DNA of 64,000 bases from Piromyces finnis finn (lineage: Eukaryota > Fungi > Neocallimastigomycota), in the NCBI GenBank assembly GCA_002104945.1, contig MCFH01000017.1, positions 434,001-498,000 of the forward strand, read 5' to 3'. The notes under the pieces are model-generated. The model was given only the letters and a program-made list of their open reading frames with translations. It had not been told where the DNA came from and did no database searches. Shown one piece after another: positions 14,276 to 31,100 of the stretch. Made by a program: the position numbers and the translations under genes. Position 1 is the first letter of the stretch; each line of letters begins with the position of its first letter.

Positions 14276-17200
14276 TTTCCTATGAGTAAAAAAAAAATTT
14301 ATTTCATTATCTGTTATCGTGGTAATATTTTTGAAAGCGGTGAAATTTAAAAAATAAATTTTATATATAAATTGATAATATTATTTTTGAATAAGTGAAA
14401 ATTAAAAAAAAAAAAAAAAAGGATTTTATGCATAGATAAATATATAGAATAGAATTATTTATTAAAAAGAAAAGGAAAAAAAAAGTTTAATTTGGTTTAA
14501 TTAATAATATATACTTAAAAAAAGATATTTTATAAGTTTTTAAATATATATATTTGAAATCAAACTATTTATTTGATAATTTCTAAAATAAATTTTTCTA
14601 TTTTTTCTATTTCGAATTTTAACTATATAGCTTATTTAATTTTTTATTTCAACTGTTTAAAAAAAAAAAAATCTATGCTATTGTATATTTTCAAAAAGTT
14701 TACTATATTTTTACCTTTCAAGATATTAAATAAATTATTCTATGTATAGTTTTTTTTTTTTCTTTTTTTTTATAAAATATTTTTTTTTTCAAAAAAAAAT
14801 ATTTTATACAATTCACAATGTTTTATAAATAATAAATTGGCTTGATTGATAAAAAATATGGCACTCAATAAATTCTATATTTTATATGGATTTATTTACT
14901 AATGATATGATAATATAATATGTAGAAAAAAAAATATATTATTATTGAGTATATTTATTTCTATTAATTGAATAATTCTATTTTTTTTCTACACTACTTT
15001 ATATATGTAGTAAATGATAAGTGCTTACATCAATTTATATTGATAAATAATTCTATTCAATGATGATATTGAATTATTTATGATTGAATGAACCAAAAAT
15101 AAATAAAAACTTTTTATTAAAAAAAGAAAAAAAAAAGATTAGTGTTAGTATTGAAATAAAAATAAAAATAAAATTATTATTATAGGTGATGATGCATTGT
15201 TATTATTTTAGATGATAAACTTTTTATTCAAAATACGCAATATTGACTATTGTTTTTCCTTATATATCCAAATAATCTTTAAGATATTCCTTATTTCTTT
15301 CCAACGATTTTAACATAAACAAAGCATTTATAACATTTATCATCAATAAAATAATCTTCATCATTGACTATTTTTCTTTAAGATATTTACATTTGTTATG
15401 ACTACTTTGCTACTTTTTTTTTCTTTTTATTCTTTTTTTTTTAATACTATTTCTATGGTTTTGTTGTTTTCTTTTTCTATTTTTTTGTAGCTTTATTTTA
15501 TACTATTTTCATAGGAAATGACAAGTTTTTTATTATAAAGATTAACGGTCAAATAATAATTTAAATAAAAAAATAAAAAAAAATAACAAAAAAAAATAAA
15601 TATTTTAATTTTTTGATTTCATTGATTTCATAATTTATTCCCCAAAAAAAAATTGAATATTTTTTTTTGGTTTTATTATAGTTGAATTTATTTAAAGTAT
15701 TATTAATTCATTCATTTATATTTATTTTTTATATTTATTTTTATTCATTAATTTATTCTTATTAAATTTATTTAATTATTTATTGATTCATTCATTTATA
15801 TTTATTGATTCATGGATGAATTCATTCATTTAGAATTATTTTATAAGAATTAGCCTTTTTTTAATAAATAAAAAATTACACCATTTTTAATAATTTTTAT
15901 GCCTAAATTTTTTGGTAAAAAGTAAAAATTAGGGAATGACAGCATTTTTTTAATCTATGATCATATATTATTTTCATATATTAACATCATTTATAAATTA
16001 AATACAATTTTCTATTGATTCATTATATTAATATTTATTGTAATTTATTATGTAATATATTTTAATATATTTATAACCATTCATTATTTCAACCCAAAAA
16101 AAATTTAATTTATAATAAAATTTTAGGAATAAAAAGTTGCATCATAATTTAATAAAAAAAATAAATAATATAATAAATAATATATTGTTATATATATAAT
16201 AATATAATAATATATTATTGTATCCTAAAAAGAATAATAAAGAGAATAAAGAGAATAATTTATTAGACCCTATAATAATAATTATTATCTCATTATTTAT
16301 TAATTATTCATTTATTCAATTATTTACTCAATCTCATTATTTATTATGCAATTATTTATTATTCTCTTTATAATTCTATCTATTATACAAAAAATGAGAA
16401 TAATAATTTATTACTAAATAATGAGAGAATAATAATTTAAAATCTAAAATTTTTAATGAGGTCATCATTAATAATGATGATGCCAAAATAAAAAAAAGAA
16501 TAAATCAGCATTTTATTAATAATATATTATTTTTATTATAAATTATCATTTTTTTATATATTTTTAATATTTTATTCTCTTTCTATTTATGTTTTATATA
16601 TATATTACTTTCTCTCTCTCGCTTTATTATGGCATCATTTTTTAGGCTTTTTTTTTTCACCATTTTTAATCTTGCGGCGGTTATCAATGAAATTTATCTA
16701 TTCATTCATTTAATTTTATTAAAGCTTTATTTCAATAATTAATTTCCATCTACTTATTTAAACAAAGATAATATATTAAAATTAAATTAATTTTATTGGT
16801 TAATAATTTTCAATCTTTCCTTATCAAGTAATATACTATTCTATTGATTATACTATAATATATAGAATAAAGTATAATTCAATGGATTATAATATATAAT
16901 TAATATATTAGATTTATTATTATGGTGCAATAGTTTATGATTCATCTGTTCATTAGTCATAAAAAAATTAATGTTACTATTGTACATTTAATATATTGTA
17001 AATATATTGGTTAATAGTAAGAATCAATATATTATTAATAACTTTATTTATAATCATTATATGCTAAATTAAAAATTTAATCTATTATCCATTGAAAAAG
17101 TCATAAAAATAAAATTGATGAGGTAATTTTTTTAATTTCTTTTGATGGAGTAAGTAAATATAAACAATCGAAATTCGGTTTATTCTATCATATATTAAAT

Positions 17201-20200
17201 TATGTGGATAATATATGGAACATTGTCAATGAATGCATAATTATAAAACTAAATAAATTATTATTTAAATTAAATGAATGAATAAATAAATAATCAATAC
17301 TTGTTATAATTAAATGAATAAATAATTATAAAATAAATAAATTATTATTTATATTAAATGAATGGATAAATCAATGATGGACGGATCATCAACCACAAAT
17401 TGGTGGTGGGTTGGATCGGTGGTAAAATGCATGATGATTCATCAAGGGAAAAAAGGAAAATGGATTGAGTGAATGACAAGAAGAATAAAGAAGAATAGCA
17501 AAAAGAAAAAAAAAATGAAATGAGTAAAAGGTATAATGAGATAATACGAATTAAATTAAAAATTAATAAAATTGTTGTTATTTTACTCTATACTACATTG
17601 CACATAATAATAGTACTAACTGACTATATTCTAATGTAAATGAATAAAAAAGGAATAATTTTATATAGAAAAATGTAAAAAAAAAAAAAAAAGTTTATTT
17701 ATTCACGTTACAATAGGGTTTTTTTCATATTGGAACGGTCTGGAGAGATACTTTTATAGAAACCTTTTCCACAAATCGTATTCAAAATTATCTTACGGAA
17801 AAAGAAGAGGATTATCGTCACGTTACAATAATTAAATGCTACTATCACGTCTTTAATAGCATTAATATTATATATTATTAAAGGTTTTATATAAAGTATT
17901 GGCGTATTTTGTATTAAATAGCATTACAACTTTTTTATAGCCAATTGCATTTATTACTTTCTTTACTAAGAATAATGACTCTACCAACTGGAATGTTGTA
18001 CCTTTTCTTATTAGTGGAATTATTAGTAGAGACTAATAAAAAAAGGTCCATCATTCCAATTAATAAAGTTTTGTCAAAAAATTAGTAAATTTTGATCTTT
18101 ACAATACCTAGAATATAATTCATTTTCTGTTTATAAGAATAAGATGAGAATGCCAAACTTTTATTTATAAAGGATCATTAGTGTTTCTTATCGTTTTCTT
18201 TATATTAAAAGCATTAAAAACAGTTTAATCAGACGTTTTATAATAATAAAAAAAAAAGCTTTTCTTTTTACCAGCCTATTTAATGGTCTGAACTTTAAAG
18301 TTTGAAAACTTTGTTTATTATTACTTTTATAAATTAATTAGATTGACATATAATAAATGTAAAAGTATATTTTAATATATAGATATAATATATTTATAAT
18401 ACATATTAAATGTATATAAATAAATAGAATTATATAATTAATGACATTTATTGTATAGTATTAATTTAATTTTAATATATGAATTAATTTATTTTTATCT
18501 ATAAACAAATAAAGTAAATTTATATTTAGGAAAAATTATTTTTTATCAGCGAATCAATGAAGAATGAAGCTTCTGCTAACAATTTGTAAAGGGTTAGGGA
18601 TTAAAAGAAACCTTTTTGAAAAAATACTAACATCAACAAGGAATGTATAGAAGAATTAATTTGAAAGACTTGGGCATTAAAAGTCAAAATAATTAATAAT
18701 AAGAAAATAATAATAATATGAATTAAATAATCTGTTTATTTAATAAAGTGAAAAGTATATACAAAAAATGTTATTAAAAACACTACAAATTAAAAAAAAA
18801 AAGCTTATTTATATAGAATTATTCTTTTTTTTTTTTTAATCGTTTCCAATTTTATTAATATTATTTGTAACCAGAATAAAAAAAAAAAGTTAAATAGGAA
18901 TACAAGTATTCTTTTATATATATATATATTGTTTTTATGATTAGCTAAATATATATATATATCTGAGATTATTTCTACGATTATTTTTAGTTATCATTAA
19001 AAATTTAAACTTTTTATAAATAAAATGTGAGCTGTCATAAAAAGTGTAATGGAAAGTATAAATGTTATTATATGGATCATCCACACCACACTATAAAAAG
19101 TTTATTTTTTAATGATATTTCAGATATTTCACTCCAGACAACAACATTATTCAATAATATATATTTCATTTAAAGGTTGAAAACCCCTTTATTTTTAATC
19201 ATTTTATATATAACAATATATAATAATGATTAATTACATAAAATTTAATATTTATTATTTGAGTAATTGCTTAACATTTATTCATTTATCACTCCATTTT
19301 TTGATATATATGGAGGTGTTTTAGTTGGAGAGGACTGAGATCCTTTCTATATGAAATATAGAAAACTCTTTTTTATAAAATTATAAAAGTATAAAGTATC
19401 TGCTATATTAATTTTTTTTTTTTAAAAAAAAAAAAAGTTAAAGTGAGAATAATAAAGTGTGTTCATTTAAAAATTGTTGTATGAAACTGAAAATTTCCTT
19501 AAAGTTTTACTTCTATGGCTATAAAAAGTATAAAATTTATCTATGATAAATATAAAACAAAACTAAAATAACATATATCATCCTAAATAAAAAAGAAAAA
19601 AAAAATTAGGATGATATTATGAAAAGTAGTAATTTGAATTTTTTTTTTTTTTTTATAATATTAGTGGGATCAGTTTACGTAGTTTTTTTTTTCTTGTAAT
19701 CTTCAAATAATTTCTTTATGAAATATCCAACAACTCTTTTTCTAAACATTTTTTTTTTATCTTCTTCCCTCCCCCCCCCAAAAAAAAAATAAGATTAAAT
19801 TTATTTTTATTTTTTTTTTAATATTGGAAAAAATGAGTTTTTGGACAGTGATAAAGTAACCAAATTGTTTATTTCTTGGACAATGTCACCCCATAGAAAT
19901 AAGGAAGGAGGGGGTTTTAAAACATTCATTTACTATAAAAAAAGATATTGAAAGATTTATATATATATAATTTTATTTATTTATTTTTATTTATTTTTTT
20001 TTTATCAAAATTAATATTTGGTATGTTTTTTTAATTATTCTATATTTTTTTGATTATTGATTTTATTTTATTTATTCATTATTCAATATTAATATTTCTC
20101 TCTTCTTCTTTTTTTTTTTTATGTTAGTATTAAAAAAATAAAAAAAAAAAAAAAAAAGAAAAAAAAAGAAAAACAAAATAGGAATAATAAATTAATACTA

Positions 20201-20660
20201 TCTCTATTAGTTCTAATTTGATAACTATTTGAAGATATATACATTTTAGTTACATATATATCAATTTATCTATCATGTTAAATGATGTTTTTTTTTTTTG
20301 AAATATTTCAAAAAAAAAAAAAAAAGTTTGAATAAAACATTATATTTAAAGAAGGCTGATTTATTATATCAATATAAAATGAAAAAAAAAAAAATTCTTT
20401 TATATAAAATATAATCCCTTCTTTTTTTATTTTTCATTTTTTTATTACTCTTATTGAGTAAGTTATAAATAAATTCGTAGAAAATTTGTAATAAGATAAA
20501 AAAAAAAGTTTGATTGAATGTGAACATTATAATAAATTGAAAGATTATGTATTATAGAGATAAAAAAAAAAAAAAGGCTACAAAATTGTTTTGTTAAATT
20601 ATTTTTTCTCTTTTTCGTAACTTTTTTTTTTTTTCATAGATAAAATTTGTATTTTTTTTT

Positions 20661-22591
20661 TTAATCTAATGCAATATTTGGTACATAAGTAGTATTGATG
20701 GGTTTTTGAGTCATAGTATGATTTGGATTACTATGACTACTATGGCTACTATGATTACTTCTTGCAGAAAGTGGTGATTTTCTCAGGTTGGATGGACTAC
20801 TAGGAATTTGAAGTGAAGTAGTATTTATACGTAATTGACTATCGGATTGACGTAATTTTAATGTTTTTAAAGCATATTTACTTAAAGTTTTATTTTCATT
20901 ATTAAATAATGCCGGTCCATCAGAAACTAAATCATTTATGGTGGGTTCTTGGAAATTATTAACAATAGAAATACGACTAAGATTACTTTTTGTTGATGAT
21001 TTGGCGTTGGTTTCGACATTATCTAGAGATATGAATTTATTAAATAAATATACACAAAAAAAAATATTTTTAATATTTAATATTCCCTTTTCGATGGTAA
21101 ATAAATTCTTTCTTTTTTTTTTAAGAAAAATGAATGATTAAAAAAATTTTATAGTATTATTATTATATATATTATTAAGAAAAAAAAATTACCTTGATTA
21201 GTTGATGGTATATGAGATGAAGAGGATAATGGTGGGGATGGAGAGGATGCAAATTTTTTATTTTCATTATTCAAATTTAGGGTATTTGTACTAATTGGTG
21301 TACTATTCATTTTTGTAGCTGGTTTAAATAATGACATTCTGGCCTTGCCTTTAATATTATCAGCAGATTTAGATTTCTTAAGAATATGTAAAAAGGATAA
21401 ACTTTTTCTGTTATTCTTTTTTTCTTTTTTCTTTTCATCTTCTTGAACCTTGTTACCGTTGGTCTTTGGGGAAATTTCTTCATTAGTTTCAGTACTAGAT
21501 GGATGACTACCAACTGGATAACCATTGCTATATGTCATATTAATTAAATTATTTCTGTAATTAATTTGTGGACGATGATAAAGAGGAATAGCATGTTCTA
21601 AATTTGGACTAGTTAAACCTGGCTCTTCATATACAACATGACTTCCATAGGGTATTGGTTCATGACCAACATTTTTTTCATAGTTTGGGTCATTAATTTC
21701 GTCTAATGATTTAATGGGTGGTTTATAATGAGCCAAATCTAATGGATTATTAATTCCTGAACCAGAACCTCTTCTATTTTTGGAATCAAGTCTTTTTGGA
21801 CTAATAAAAGTATCTGGTAAATTATTGAAATTAATGTCGCCGTTTGGGAGGAAAACATTTCTACCTCCTTGAGGAGGTCTGTTAACATCAACTTCTTTAG
21901 ATTGATTTTCAAAATTTTTTGATTCTTTTGGAGAATCGACCCTTTCTTCATCTGGTAATGTATTTATACAGGTTTCTGTTAGTGCTTGTTGTTTATTGTT
22001 CGTGGTTTCTTCAGTGATTTCTTCAGTGTCATCACTTTCGATAAATGGTACAACAACACTTTTGACGGGATTAGTTTTACCACTATTATTATTGTTATTA
22101 TTATTGCTTTCTTCCAAATTATCTTCCAAGGATCTATTACTGTTGCTGTGTTGTACTGATGAATCGTTTGCTTCATTTGTTAATGATTCACTTTTACCTT
22201 CTTGCTTTTCCTCACTATCCAAGGTAGAATTAGCTTTGTTAAAATCAAGTTTAATTTTTTTAACATTTTTACTTTTACCCTCAAGTTCGTCTACTTCCAT
22301 ATTATTAATTTTTTCTTGCTCCACCTTACTAAACATATTCATCTTTTTTTCTTCTGTAATACTATTATTATTTAAATAATCAATAAAATCTGATGCATCA
22401 TCTTTTGGAACCTGATTACTGTAATAAACATTAGATTTTCTTGCTTCAATTCTTGATAAAGTCAATTCATACAATTCACGTAAAGTGACTTGTTCAACAT
22501 TTTCTATAGGTTTTCTATCATAATCATTTTTACCGTAACTATTGATATTATAAAAGAGACATTTCAATTCGTTTTTTTTTAATATATTCAT
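20661..22591 (-). CDS. Hypothetical low-complexity protein, ~586 aa; exons 22591-21193 and 21022-20661
   Basis: Long ORF, GT donor at 21192 and AG acceptor at 21023; the in-frame second exon is open to a TAA at 20663-20661. No recognisable domain. Confidence 0.75.
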
Positions 22592-25500
22592 TTAAATTAT
22601 TATATATATTGTATATTTTTTATAAAATTTAAAATGTTATTAAACCATTAATAATTCATTTTTTTTTTTAATCTATATCTTCACTATATCAAAAAAATTT
22701 ACTTACGTATATTCAAAATCGACTTTTTGTTCAAAACTAACCGATTTTTTTGGTTTGTTTAAATACTTTTTAAAAGGTAAAATATAATCTCTCTTATTAT
22801 ATACTACATTCATTTTTGTATTATTTAAATTTTATTTTAAAAATATTTTACAAATTAAACTAAAAAAATTTGAAAAATTGTTTTTTTTATTAAAATAAAT
22901 AAAATTGAAGATTTTTTTTTTTTTTTTGATATATTTTCTATTTTTTTTTCTTCTTGTTTGCTTTTATAATTAACTATTTCTTTTTGTTTAAAAAAAATTA
23001 TATATTTTCTTTTTTTTTTTTTTTAATTGAATTTTAGGTTTGATTATTTTTATTTTTGTTTTGTTGTTTTTTGTTTCTTTTTATATATTTATTTTTTTTC
23101 TTTGTTAATATTATTTCTTTATTTTATACTTTTTTTTTTTTCTAGGTTTACTTTTATTTTTGTTAATACTATTTATAATAACAATAATAATAATAACAAA
23201 TGAAATGAATTTTATTTCAATACAATTAATGTTTAATGAAATAATCTACAGTTGAATTTTCATTTATTACTATTATTACTTTATTTTTTTTTTTTATTTA
23301 AACTTTGTTTTTTTTTTGTTGTTGTTGTTGTTAACTATTGTTTTTTTTGTTTGTTTGTTTGTTGTTGTTTAATTGATTTTGATTTACTTTTTGTACTTTT
23401 TTTTTTTTTCTTAAAATAACATCTTCAATATTATTATATTTTGATTTAAACCTTTTTTTTAAAAATAAAAAAAAGAAAAAAAAAAACAAAATTTTATATT
23501 TAATATATATAAAAAAGAATATTTCTTTATAATAATTATTTAACGTTTATTTTATTAATGTAATAAAAAAAACATTATTAAAATTGAAATTAAAATTGAA
23601 ATTGAAATAATAATAAAAAAACAAAAGAAAATAATTTATAAAAGATGATTTTTTTTTTTTTTTTATAAAATTTATTAATAATTAATATATAAATGTATAA
23701 AATAACTAATAATTAAATAAATTTATAGGATTATTATTAGCATTTATATTAATAAAAATTAAATGAATAGAATAATTAATAGTTAAATAAATTTATTATT
23801 TATTTATTATTTATATAATATTTATATATAATTAATATATCATCACAATTTCATTATTATAATTATTATCAACAAAAAAACAATTAGATAATATATTGTC
23901 AATATATTATTAATACTCGTTATTATATATGTTATATATTAAAAATATTATTTGACAATAAAGAAAACATTATTATTTTATTAAATCCATAAAATAATTA
24001 TTATATTTTAATATATGGAATTATTACAAAGTCAACAACGTTTTAGAATTTGATTACACAACATCTTTAATGAATTTATTACTAATTAAAGTTCATATAC
24101 GTTGACATTTTAATATATTTATTATTAATTAAAGTTTATACACATCGACATCTTCAATAGTTTTACTATTATTTAAAGTTCAAGTGCATTGACATTTTAA
24201 TTTATATTTAATTAATTTTTATTATTTTTATTAAAAAAAAAGATTGATAAATTAATTTTTTAATAAATAGTAACTATAAAAAACAAAATGATTAACAAGA
24301 TTTAATTAAATTGATTAATTATTTATATTAGAAATAATTAGTATTTTTTTTTTGAGTAAATTTTTTAAAATTTTAAAAGATTTTTTAAGACTAATTTTTT
24401 TGAATAAATTTTTAAAAAAAAATAGAAAAAAAAAAAGCATCTATTTTTGTACTTTTTCTTTTATGCATTAAACCAAAATAGGGTTAATGCATTCTTTTTT
24501 TTTTATTTTTTTTATTATAAAATATTATGTAATTACCAATTTTTAAATTTTTATTTCTCCAATTGTAAATTAATTTTTTTTTTATTTTTATGAGTATAAA
24601 ACTAATAATCAAATGAAATTGATTCAAGCCACGAATCAAATGAAAAGGTGCCACAAATTATAAATTTAGGTAAATTAAAAAAATGAAAAATGTTACAAAA
24701 AAATTGAGTAACCCTAAAATAAAAAGGTTAGGTTTAAATGAAAAAAAGCTTCTTTATTATTGAAAGAAAGGCTTAAAAATATTTTTAGAATGAATAAAAA
24801 AAAGTGTTTTTCTTTTATTTTATATAAATATCTTTCATAAATATTTCATAAATTTCTTATTAACATTTATAATTCTTTTTTTTTTTTTTTTTTATAAAAA
24901 AATGTTTCAAATTTTAAAAATTTAAATTTTTTTTTTAACCGCCGTTTTTTTTTTTTTTTTTTTTTTACTTTTAACCGCTTTTTTAACCATTTTTGGATTG
25001 ATTTTTTTTTTTAGCAAAACTTTAAAAAAAGACTTTTTTTTTTTATTAAAATATTCAATTCAAAATTTTGAATATTGCAAGAAATGAAAGTACATCATCA
25101 TGAACTAATAAAATGAACTTTTTATAAAAATTGAATTTTTTAATGTGTTGCTGTTTCCTTTTCTTTAATTTTATAGTGAAATGGTGTGTGTGTTGGATTA
25201 ATAGCAAACTTTTTATTGTTGTACTGCAACTAAGAATAAATATTTTTTTTAATTTTAAACACGTCCTTTTAATTTATATTCCAATCATTCATTCTAAGGC
25301 ATTTTTATTGGTATTTTATATTGAATCTTCATTTATTTAAAAAATTAATAGTTTTCATATTTGACAAATGATGATACAACATTGTAATCTTGGAAAGTAT
25401 TAATTGGTTTCCTTTTACATTCACTCTGATTTTATTATTAATGTTGTTTGTACTCTGTAGCAATATCCTCTGATTTTATTAATGTAAGAAAAAAGTCTAA

Positions 25501-27361
25501 CAAATAAAGATTAAAGTAATATTATTAAAATAATTGTATATAATTGTATATCTAAAAAACTAAAAAGAATAAAAATAGTATAAACAACAACATATTAAGG
25601 ATAAAAAGTTTTCATCAATTTTGAATTTTGACAATCTTTTATTATAAGATATTTTTAATAACTTTTTATATAAAATAAAAATTAAAGTATAGATTTTTAT
25701 TATATTATTAAAAGTCAAATGTTTTTTTTTTTTTTTTTATTTTTGTTAAATTTCATATACTATTCTGTTGTTGCTTTTTTCATATTTATATATTATAGTT
25801 TTTTGTGAATTTTTAAAATAGACTATTTAATAATCTAACATCTAAAAACAAATATATATGATAAAAATTCTGGAAATAAAGAGCGATGGTATAACAAAAA
25901 GATGATATTTCTATTAACTTACAGTTCAGATTAAAAATATATGATATCAAAAAGCCAATTAACCAATTAATTCATAAACATTACAAAGGTAAATATAAAG
26001 AAACATAACAAGCAAAAATAAATATTAAAAAAAAGATAAAATAATGATGACTTAATTAGGTTAAAACAAAATATATATCATGCTTATATTGGAATTTTAC
26101 TCATAAAAATAATGTCTATAAAATAATTTAATTGATATTATTTAAAAAATAAATAATAAATATGTTAATAAGAAAAATTAGTCTTTTAATGATAATACAT
26201 TATATAATTTATAACAAGCATTTATAAAAAAAACCCCTTCGCTCATATTTAGTTAATCATTTTTTCTTAAATGAGTATTTAAGAAAAAATAATATAAGAA
26301 AAAATAAATCTGATAATTTATAATTTTTAATAATAAAATTTTTGTAAACATGAATAGTATATGTAATATCAATTCATATTCATATTTGCATAAATATAAT
26401 AATATAAAGCTATTAAAAATTATAATTTTTTTTTTAATCTTTATAATGAAAAAGTCTTTTTATTTTTCAAATATAATTAAAAGATGTGAAAAATAAAGTA
26501 AATAAAAAAAATTTGAATATTTATTATTATAAAAATGGTAATGTTAATGTATCATTAAACTGAAATGTATCATAATAACATTAGTTATATTTTTCCTTTT
26601 TTTTATTACTCATCAAATATAACTTTAAAATTACCCATTAATCAAATAATATTTAAATAGAATTATTAATATATATATATATACTTTATTATTTATATTC
26701 TATAAATAATAAAATTAAAATGTAATGTTATTTTTGTAATTTCCTATTTTATTTTTATTTCATATTAATAAATAATTATTACTACAGTAAGAATAATATA
26801 AATAATATAAAAATCATTATTTAAATTCTCTTATTTTTTAATATTCAATCTCTATCGTTAAATAATTTTTTTTATATTTTTTTAATATTCAATCTCAATA
26901 TTGTTTAATAATTTTATTATTTTATTCATTCTTCCTTTTATTATAACTTTAAACTTTTTATATTTATAGAAAAGGTTATACTAGAAATCAAGTAATTATA
27001 ATTTAACTTTTTTTTTTTCTTTTTTTTACTTTAATCATAAATAATTTTATATATTTTATGATTCATTGTAAAACTCTTTTAAGTTTTAACTTTGTTAATG
27101 AATTTTAGGGATCAATTTTTTTTAAAGTTTTTTTTTTTATTTCTCCCAAAATTACCTATAATAATTTGATTTTAAATCAAAAAGAATCTATTAATACTTT
27201 TTTATTATACTTTTTAGGGTTATAAAATATATACATACTTTTTATATTTGATTTTATTCCGAATAATTTACATTAATTTTATAGTTATAATTTAATTATT
27301 ATTATAATTACATATATTCATATTGATTTTAACTTTAAAATAGTTAAAAATTCATAATCGA

Positions 27362-27418
<57 letters not shown>

Positions 27419-27420
27419 TA

Positions 27421-27470
<50 letters not shown>
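27362..27470. repeat. (AAT)n microsatellite
   Basis: AAT tract with one interruption. Confidence 0.97.
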
Positions 27471-28120
27471 GATAGTTAGAATAAATAATATGAATATGAA
27501 TATCAAACTCTCCTTATTTATTTATTTATGATAAATCTATTTTAGTTTTCTTAAAAAAGCTTTGAGATTGGAAGTAATACGGGTTAAAATATCTACTTTT
27601 TAATTAATAAATTTTATATTTTTCCAATTAAACTATGGTCAAACTCGAAATGTCCCAATTATTTTTGATTTATGAAACTTTTCATGAATTAATTTCTTAT
27701 TCACTATTTTAAATATAGCATATAAAAATAGAATTTATATTTAAATTTATAATAAATTGATTTATATTAAATGAAAAAAATAATTATTCTTTATTATAAG
27801 GAATAATGGATACTGTAATATCATAATTATAATTATAATTATAAAATTAATAAAAATAAAAAGTCCTCTATATTAAAGTTTGCTTTTTAATTCAAATAAG
27901 TTTAGACTTTATAAAATAAAAATCTACCTTATTTTCATTTATAATATAAAAACTTTTTTTTTCATGATTAATATAAATAGATTGAAAAGGTATCGAAAAA
28001 TAAATCATTATTCAATATACCTTTTAAAAAATAATATTATAGAATATTATTTAAAGTAAAAAAAAAATAATTAAAAAATAATATTAATAAAATATTATTA
28101 AAAGTATTAATTTTAAAAAA

Positions 28121-31100
28121 ATGAAATTCCAACAAATTGGTGCTGTTCTCACTTTCCTTTCTTTAAATCTTAAGGTATTATCTTTACCTTTTGCTGAAAG
28201 AATAGGAAATCCTAGTGAAGAAATTGAACCAAGAAGAATTGAAGACATCTTTGGTAATAATATTAATATACAAAAACAAAGCATTGCTTCTCAACTTTTT
28301 AGAAAGAAGGCAAAAAGACAAGAAGAAAGAAAAGTAAACAAGAGTGAAAAGATAGAAGAAGAATGGGAAAAACAACAAGAAAAGGAAGAAAAAGAAAAAG
28401 AAAAGGAAAATGAAGAATGGGAAAAACAACAAGAAAAAGAAAAAGAATATAAGAGTGAAGATGTAAATATAATTAAAGAACTATTTTAAATTAATTTCAA
28501 CAATATAAAGTATTAATAAATACTAATAATCCAATAAATATATTTATTAAAAATCCTTTTTTTTTTATCTTAGATATGTATGACCGATGAATGTATTACA
28601 TCTTCAAAAAGAATATTAAATAGTATGGATACTACTGTTGATCCATGCGATGATTTCTATCAATATGCATGTGGTGGTTGGATGGTATTTAAATTATGTA
28701 TAATTAGTATAATAAATCAAATTAGAATTTTTTATTAACACTATAATTTTAAAATAATAGGAACAAACTGAAATTCCATCGAACTCTGCTAGTATAAGTA
28801 CTTCCATTATAGGAAACTCAAGAAATATGGTAAGTAATAATAATAATAATAATAATAATAATGTAATAAATTTTTATTAATGAGCATATATCATATATTA
28901 TATATTAAATAAAATAAAGAACATAATAAAGAATATTCTTGAACGTGAATACAAAGTAAACGAAAATTTAAGTCCAGAAGAACAAGAATTAGATAAGAAT
29001 TTATTTAATAAATTGAAAACTATTTTCAATACTTGTATGGATGTTGATAAGATCAATGCTAAGGGAAAACAACCATTATTAGATTTATACGATAAAATGA
29101 AAATTTATGAAAATAGAGAAAGTTACAAGGAAGGTGATGGTTTAACTGAACAACTTGTCACCTTAAATAAATATGGTGTTTTCCCATTCTTTAAGGTTGG
29201 AGGTCATACAGATTATGAAAAGGCCAATCACTACCTTATCGCTTTCCTTCAAAACGGTTTAACCTTAAGTAAGGATTACTACTCATATGATGTACTTATG
29301 GTCGAATTAAGAAAATACATTAGAAATATATTAGCTTTAATATTTGATGAAAATGAAAGAGATATTGAAGTTATGGCCGATTCTATTTTAGAATTTGAAA
29401 AAAAGATAGCTAATGCTTATGTTCCAAGGTAAAATACAAATACATATATTATTACTATTTTTTATATATATTAAAAATATTAATTTATTATTTTTAAAAA
29501 TAAAAATATAATTAAAAAAAATTGTTATATAAAAACAGTATCAAATTACAAAATCCACAATATTATTACAATAAACGTACTATTTCTGAATTATCTGAGA
29601 AATATCCAAAAATTAATTGGAGTTTATTCTTTAAGAAGAGACTTGCTAATCATAACATCGATTTTGACATTAATGATGAAACTATCTTTATCGATATGAC
29701 ACCAGAATATTTAGAAAAATTAAATGAAATTCTTGAAGAAACTGATGTCGATACTATCGCCTACTATTTAGAATGGTAATTTTTTTTATGAAGCTATAAT
29801 AATATATATTGATATAAAGAAATATAAATTATCATTATAACAAATATTAAATAATATATCATAAAATTATAAAAATATAGGAGAGTAATTGATAGATTCT
29901 ATGAATACTTATCTAGTGATCTTCAAGGTCCAGTTAAAGAATTTAGCGATTTCTTATATGGTAAGCATTATAAAAATAATATTAATTACAATCCTAAAAT
30001 ATTTTTATTAAAATATTGTTAAATAATATTAATATTTATATTATTTATATTAATAAATAATTTTTTTTAAAAAAAGGTGGTAGTGTTGAAACTCCATTAT
30101 ATGGTAAATGCTCTTCAATGGTTGATGATATGATGGAAATGGCTGTTGGTAAATACTTTGTTGAAGAAGCCTTTGATGCTAACACTAAACCAGCTGTTAA
30201 GGAAGTATTCAAAAATATTAAACAATCTATGATCGAAAGAATTCCACAAATGGAATGGCTTGACAAAGAAACTAGTGATTATGCTATTGAAAAGGTTATG
30301 ATGATTAAGGAAAATATTGCCTACCCAGATTATCTTTTAGATCTTGAAAAGATGACTAAGAAGTATGAATATTTAGAACTTGATCCAGATGATTACCTTG
30401 GTAATGTCATTAGTTACCTTAATATGTATTATAGAAATGATTTAATTCGTATTGTTGAACCAACTTCTGACTGGCGTTACTCTCCACAAGTAAATATTTA
30501 AATATATAATATTATAATATATTACAATTTCTCATATTCAATTATTTTTATTAATAATAATTTTTATATTAATAATTTATATTATCTACTTTTTTTTAAA
30601 TTTTTATAAATTAGACCTTCAATGGTTTCTACTATCCACCAGATAATTCTATCAATATTCTTGCTGGTATCTTACAAACTCCATTCTATGATTCCCATGA
30701 ACCAGATTATATTAACTATGGTGGTCTTGGTATGCTTGTTGGTCACGAATTAACACATGCTTTCGATGGTACTGGTAGACAATTTGATAAAAACGGTAGT
30801 ATGACTAACTGGGTATGTATTTTAAATAGTTATATATATATTTAATTTTTAAACATATATTGTCTAATCAAAAAATTAATTTAAAATTATATTATATACA
30901 TTAATTAATTTAAATGAATAAACATAGTGGTCTTTATCAACTGCTGAAAACTTTAGTAATGCTGCTCAATGCTTCGTTGATCAGTAATTATTTTCAATAT
31001 TTTCAATATTTTTATACATTTATTATTTTTATTTTACAAAAAATAATTTTAAAATATTAATTTTGAAAATTAAAATTTTTTTTTAATATTAAAAAAATTA

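Noticed and set aside
15180-15560. Possible minus-strand pseudogene fragment
   Set aside because: Only short stop-riddled frames with no identifiable family.
17720-18070. Coding-like patch (FHIGTVWRDTFIETF...)
   Set aside because: Short and interrupted, with no recognisable motif; possibly a relic but not supportable.
25365-25475. Box C/D snoRNA (ATGATGA...CTGA)
   Set aside because: I could not identify a convincing rRNA-complementary guide or terminal stem; these short motifs are common in AT-rich DNA.
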